Source: Eledone cirrhosa
Taxonomy: Eukaryota
Direction: 5' to 3'
Length of the DNA: 64,000 nt
NCBI GenBank assembly: GCA_964016885.1
Contig: OZ024740.1
Span: 263,438,001 to 263,502,000, forward strand
In this document: positions 59,590-64,000 of the stretch, piece after piece
Layout of the letters: each line of letters begins with the position of its first letter
Numbering within the stretch: position 1 is the stretch's first letter
Made by a program: the position numbers and the translations under genes
Notes under the pieces: model-generated
Database searches by the model: none
The model's input: the letters and a program-made list of their open reading frames with translations, nothing else
Told to the model about the DNA's origin: nothing

Positions 59590-60621
59590 ATTATGATCAT
59601 TTGGAAGGGATATAAAACTTTAATGGTGGCGGGGACAGTGTTAATGGAGGAAGTGGTGGTAGGGGTGTTGAAGCTGGTAGTGATAATAGGGATGTCGTCC
59701 ATTTTTTACTGAATTGATTTTCAGTAGAAACATTCTTAAAGCTCAAATTACAAGGGGATGTCTTTATTTAAAAAGTAAAGATAAAATAAAATAAAAGTTA
59801 AGCAGGAAGGGGCAACAACATTTGGGAGTTGCGAAGACTGGCAGAGGTAGCCTAGAAACATAGTTCCTTAGTAATTTTGAGTTCAGAAACCAAGAGCGCT
59901 CTTGCAAAACCATTAAATCAATCGTGAGTGGCGCCTATTTAATTTGCCTTGGGTTAAATGACAAAAGATTTCAAAAATAAACCCACAAGTAAATAAATTA
60001 ATAATGAAATAATATTATTTTAAAATGTAGAATATAGCAACTAAGGAAGAGTCTGCGAGCTGATTGAGAAATTAAATATATAGCTTGTCTCAACATTTAC
60101 TGTCGATCCTAGCCCGTTCTATTACCATCATGAAAATGGCCGCTACTGCGGAAAGACAACCTTATATCCCGTGGCCTAATAACTAGCTAGTTAGCTCGCC
60201 AGCTAACCAGTCGGCCTGCCTGCCCGGTAAACAAGCAAGCAAGCAAACCAACAAGCAGAGCGAAAGGAAAAAAAAGATAAATGTAAAATAAAAATAACGG
60301 GTTAAACCAAGTCATAATACATTTTTTATTTTGTCTTTATAGTTGTGTTGTTCCATATCCTCCCGGCGCAGTTTCAAACCCTTCCTTTAACTAACTGCTG
60401 CTTAGCAACCCTCGCATCTTCGCCCTCCAGTCTTGACATTTGTCATCATTAAAGATAATCAAGCTTCACATACCTGTTTTCCTTTCCAAGCTAGGGCTAT
60501 ATTTTGGTGGAATGGTAGTTGTGGTGGAGTGGTTGGAGAAAGAATATGAAAAAAATATATGCTTCCTAACAAAAGGAGGTAATTCTTTTATACCACTATC
60601 ACCATAATACTAGGAATATAT

Positions 60622-60652
<31 letters not shown>

Positions 60653-60825
60653 AATGAAAAATATATATATATAAGCGTACACTACGTCTATATTGTAGTA
60701 GAGAAGTAGTAAATCATGCACAGTTAGAGAAATTATACAAGTGAGCAGTAAGAGAAGGAAAGATATAGTGAAGAATAAATAATGAGAGAATGCGCACGCA
60801 TCTTTGTACGAATGTGCTCACTCGT

Positions 60826-60872
<47 letters not shown>

Positions 60873-60899
60873 TATGTATTATATACATATATACATGCA

Positions 60900-60939
<40 letters not shown>

Positions 60940-61038
60940 TATGTATGTATATACATATAGACATGCATGTATATATATATATAGATATATACATGCATGT
61001 ATATATACATACATGTATATATATATATATGTATGTAT

Positions 61039-61170
<132 letters not shown>

Positions 61171-61200
61171 GTATATATATATGTATTAAATATATATATA

Positions 61201-61270
61201 TTCAGAAGATCCCGTTAAGGCTGAAAGCAGCGATTCTTTACTCAAACTTTAATCTGTTATTTTAATAAAT
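61201..61270 (+). ncRNA. Second family F hammerhead-like copy (CAGAAGA core), 5'-truncated
   Basis: tt-CAGAAGA-tcccgttaaggct-GAAA-gcagcgattctttac-UC|aaactttaatctgttattttaataaa; matches 34185-34254 inverted. Confidence 0.6.
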
Positions 61271-61537
61271 ATATATAAATATATATATATACATATCAAT
61301 ATATATATATATATCAATTTATATAAATATATATATATATATGAATATATATATATATCGATATATATATATATCAATATATATATATATATATCAATAT
61401 ATATATATCAATATATATATATATCAATATATATATATATATATATATCAATATATATATATATATATATATCAATATATATATATATATATATATATCA
61501 ATATATATATCAATATATATATCAATATATATATATA

Positions 61538-61568
<31 letters not shown>

Positions 61569-61736
61569 CAATATATATATATATATATTAATATATATAT
61601 ATATTTATATATATATTGATATATATATATATTTATATATATATATTTATTGGTATATATATTGATATATATATATTGATATATATATATATTGATATAT
61701 ATATATTGATATATATATATTGATATATATATATAT

Positions 61737-61788
<52 letters not shown>

Positions 61789-61940
61789 GTATATTTATTT
61801 ATATATATTTATTGGTATATATATGATATATATATATATTGATATATTGTCCCCCACCAACACCCCACTCTCCAGAGCGTGAAATTAATAAACATTCGTT
61901 GTACTGCATCTCAGTTTTGTCCCTGTTCAAATGTTTCCAT

Positions 61941-62030
<90 letters not shown>

Positions 62031-62267
62031 TAGATATATATATATTGATATATATATATATATATATTGCTATATATATACATATATTGATAAATATATA
62101 TATACATATATTGATATATATATATATATATATATATACAGACATATATATATATAGATGTGCGTATGTATATATGTATATATATATATACATATATTGA
62201 TATAAATATATATAAATATATTGATATGTATATATATATATATTGAGATATATATATATATATATTT

Positions 62268-62631
62268 CGTTTCTGAATTTGTTTAGCAAGATTCTTTATC
62301 TGAAATCGTGTGTTGAAACCGATATTGTTATACTTTGGGAGGGTCATGTTGCCAATAAGAAACACACGCACCAGTTGCTTTCACTTCAATTTAATTTATT
62401 AAATATTTATAAATTTACAAATTTATAAATTCCTGGTTGGTTGGTTGGTTCCACAACCAGATAGTTGTTTATATATATATAGTCATAGTTCTTTCGTCAC
62501 ACACTCTGTGACCTCTTCAGTGACTGGGGATTTCTTTCTTCGTTTCTGTGCCTTTCCTTTCTTCTATCCTACGCCATTTTGTTTGTGTGTGGGTTGCGTG
62601 CTCAGTTTGCGCATGCGCCACATCCGGGTGT

Positions 62632-62632
<1 letters not shown>
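62268..62632 (-). mobile_element. Family D pLTR-type element
   Basis: Reverse complement aligns with 42750-43052; between (TA)n tracts. Confidence 0.85.
62481..62525 (-). ncRNA. Minimal type I hammerhead ribozyme, family D
   Basis: Minus strand: agtca-CUGAAGA-g-gtcaca(gagtg)tgtgac-GAAA-g(aa)c-UA|tgact. Confidence 0.87.

Positions 62633-64000
<1,368 letters not shown>

Overview
Repeat-saturated, very AT-rich eukaryotic DNA, probably intronic or intergenic. The dominant tRNA-derived SINE resembles octopus SINEs as I recall them, so an octopod cephalopod source is inferred, not proven. No host protein-coding gene can be supported: nearly all ORFs in the track are translations of (TA)n, (GTAT)n, (GA)n or trinucleotide tracts. 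Recognisable content: many SINEs (three with clear TSDs), a bipartite non-autonomous RTE element carrying a C2H2 remnant, decayed RTE, CR1/L2-like and R4/Dong-like LINE fragments, an internally deleted Helitron, a Tc1/mariner-type MITE, and a probable false duplication around a 200-N gap. The main hidden signal is a dense population of type I hammerhead ribozymes (HHRs). About 12 copies have a complete CUGANGA...GAAA...UH core, and about 7 more are variant or decayed, in at least six unrelated sequence families. They lie in short elements wedged between (TA)n tracts, often built as head-to-head fold-back palindromes, the architecture of Penelope-like pseudo-LTRs and retrozymes. Recurrent non-canonical features are a U-U at 10.1/11.1, a CAGA core and an extra G after A9. 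All alignments and folds were done by eye, so element ends are approximate.
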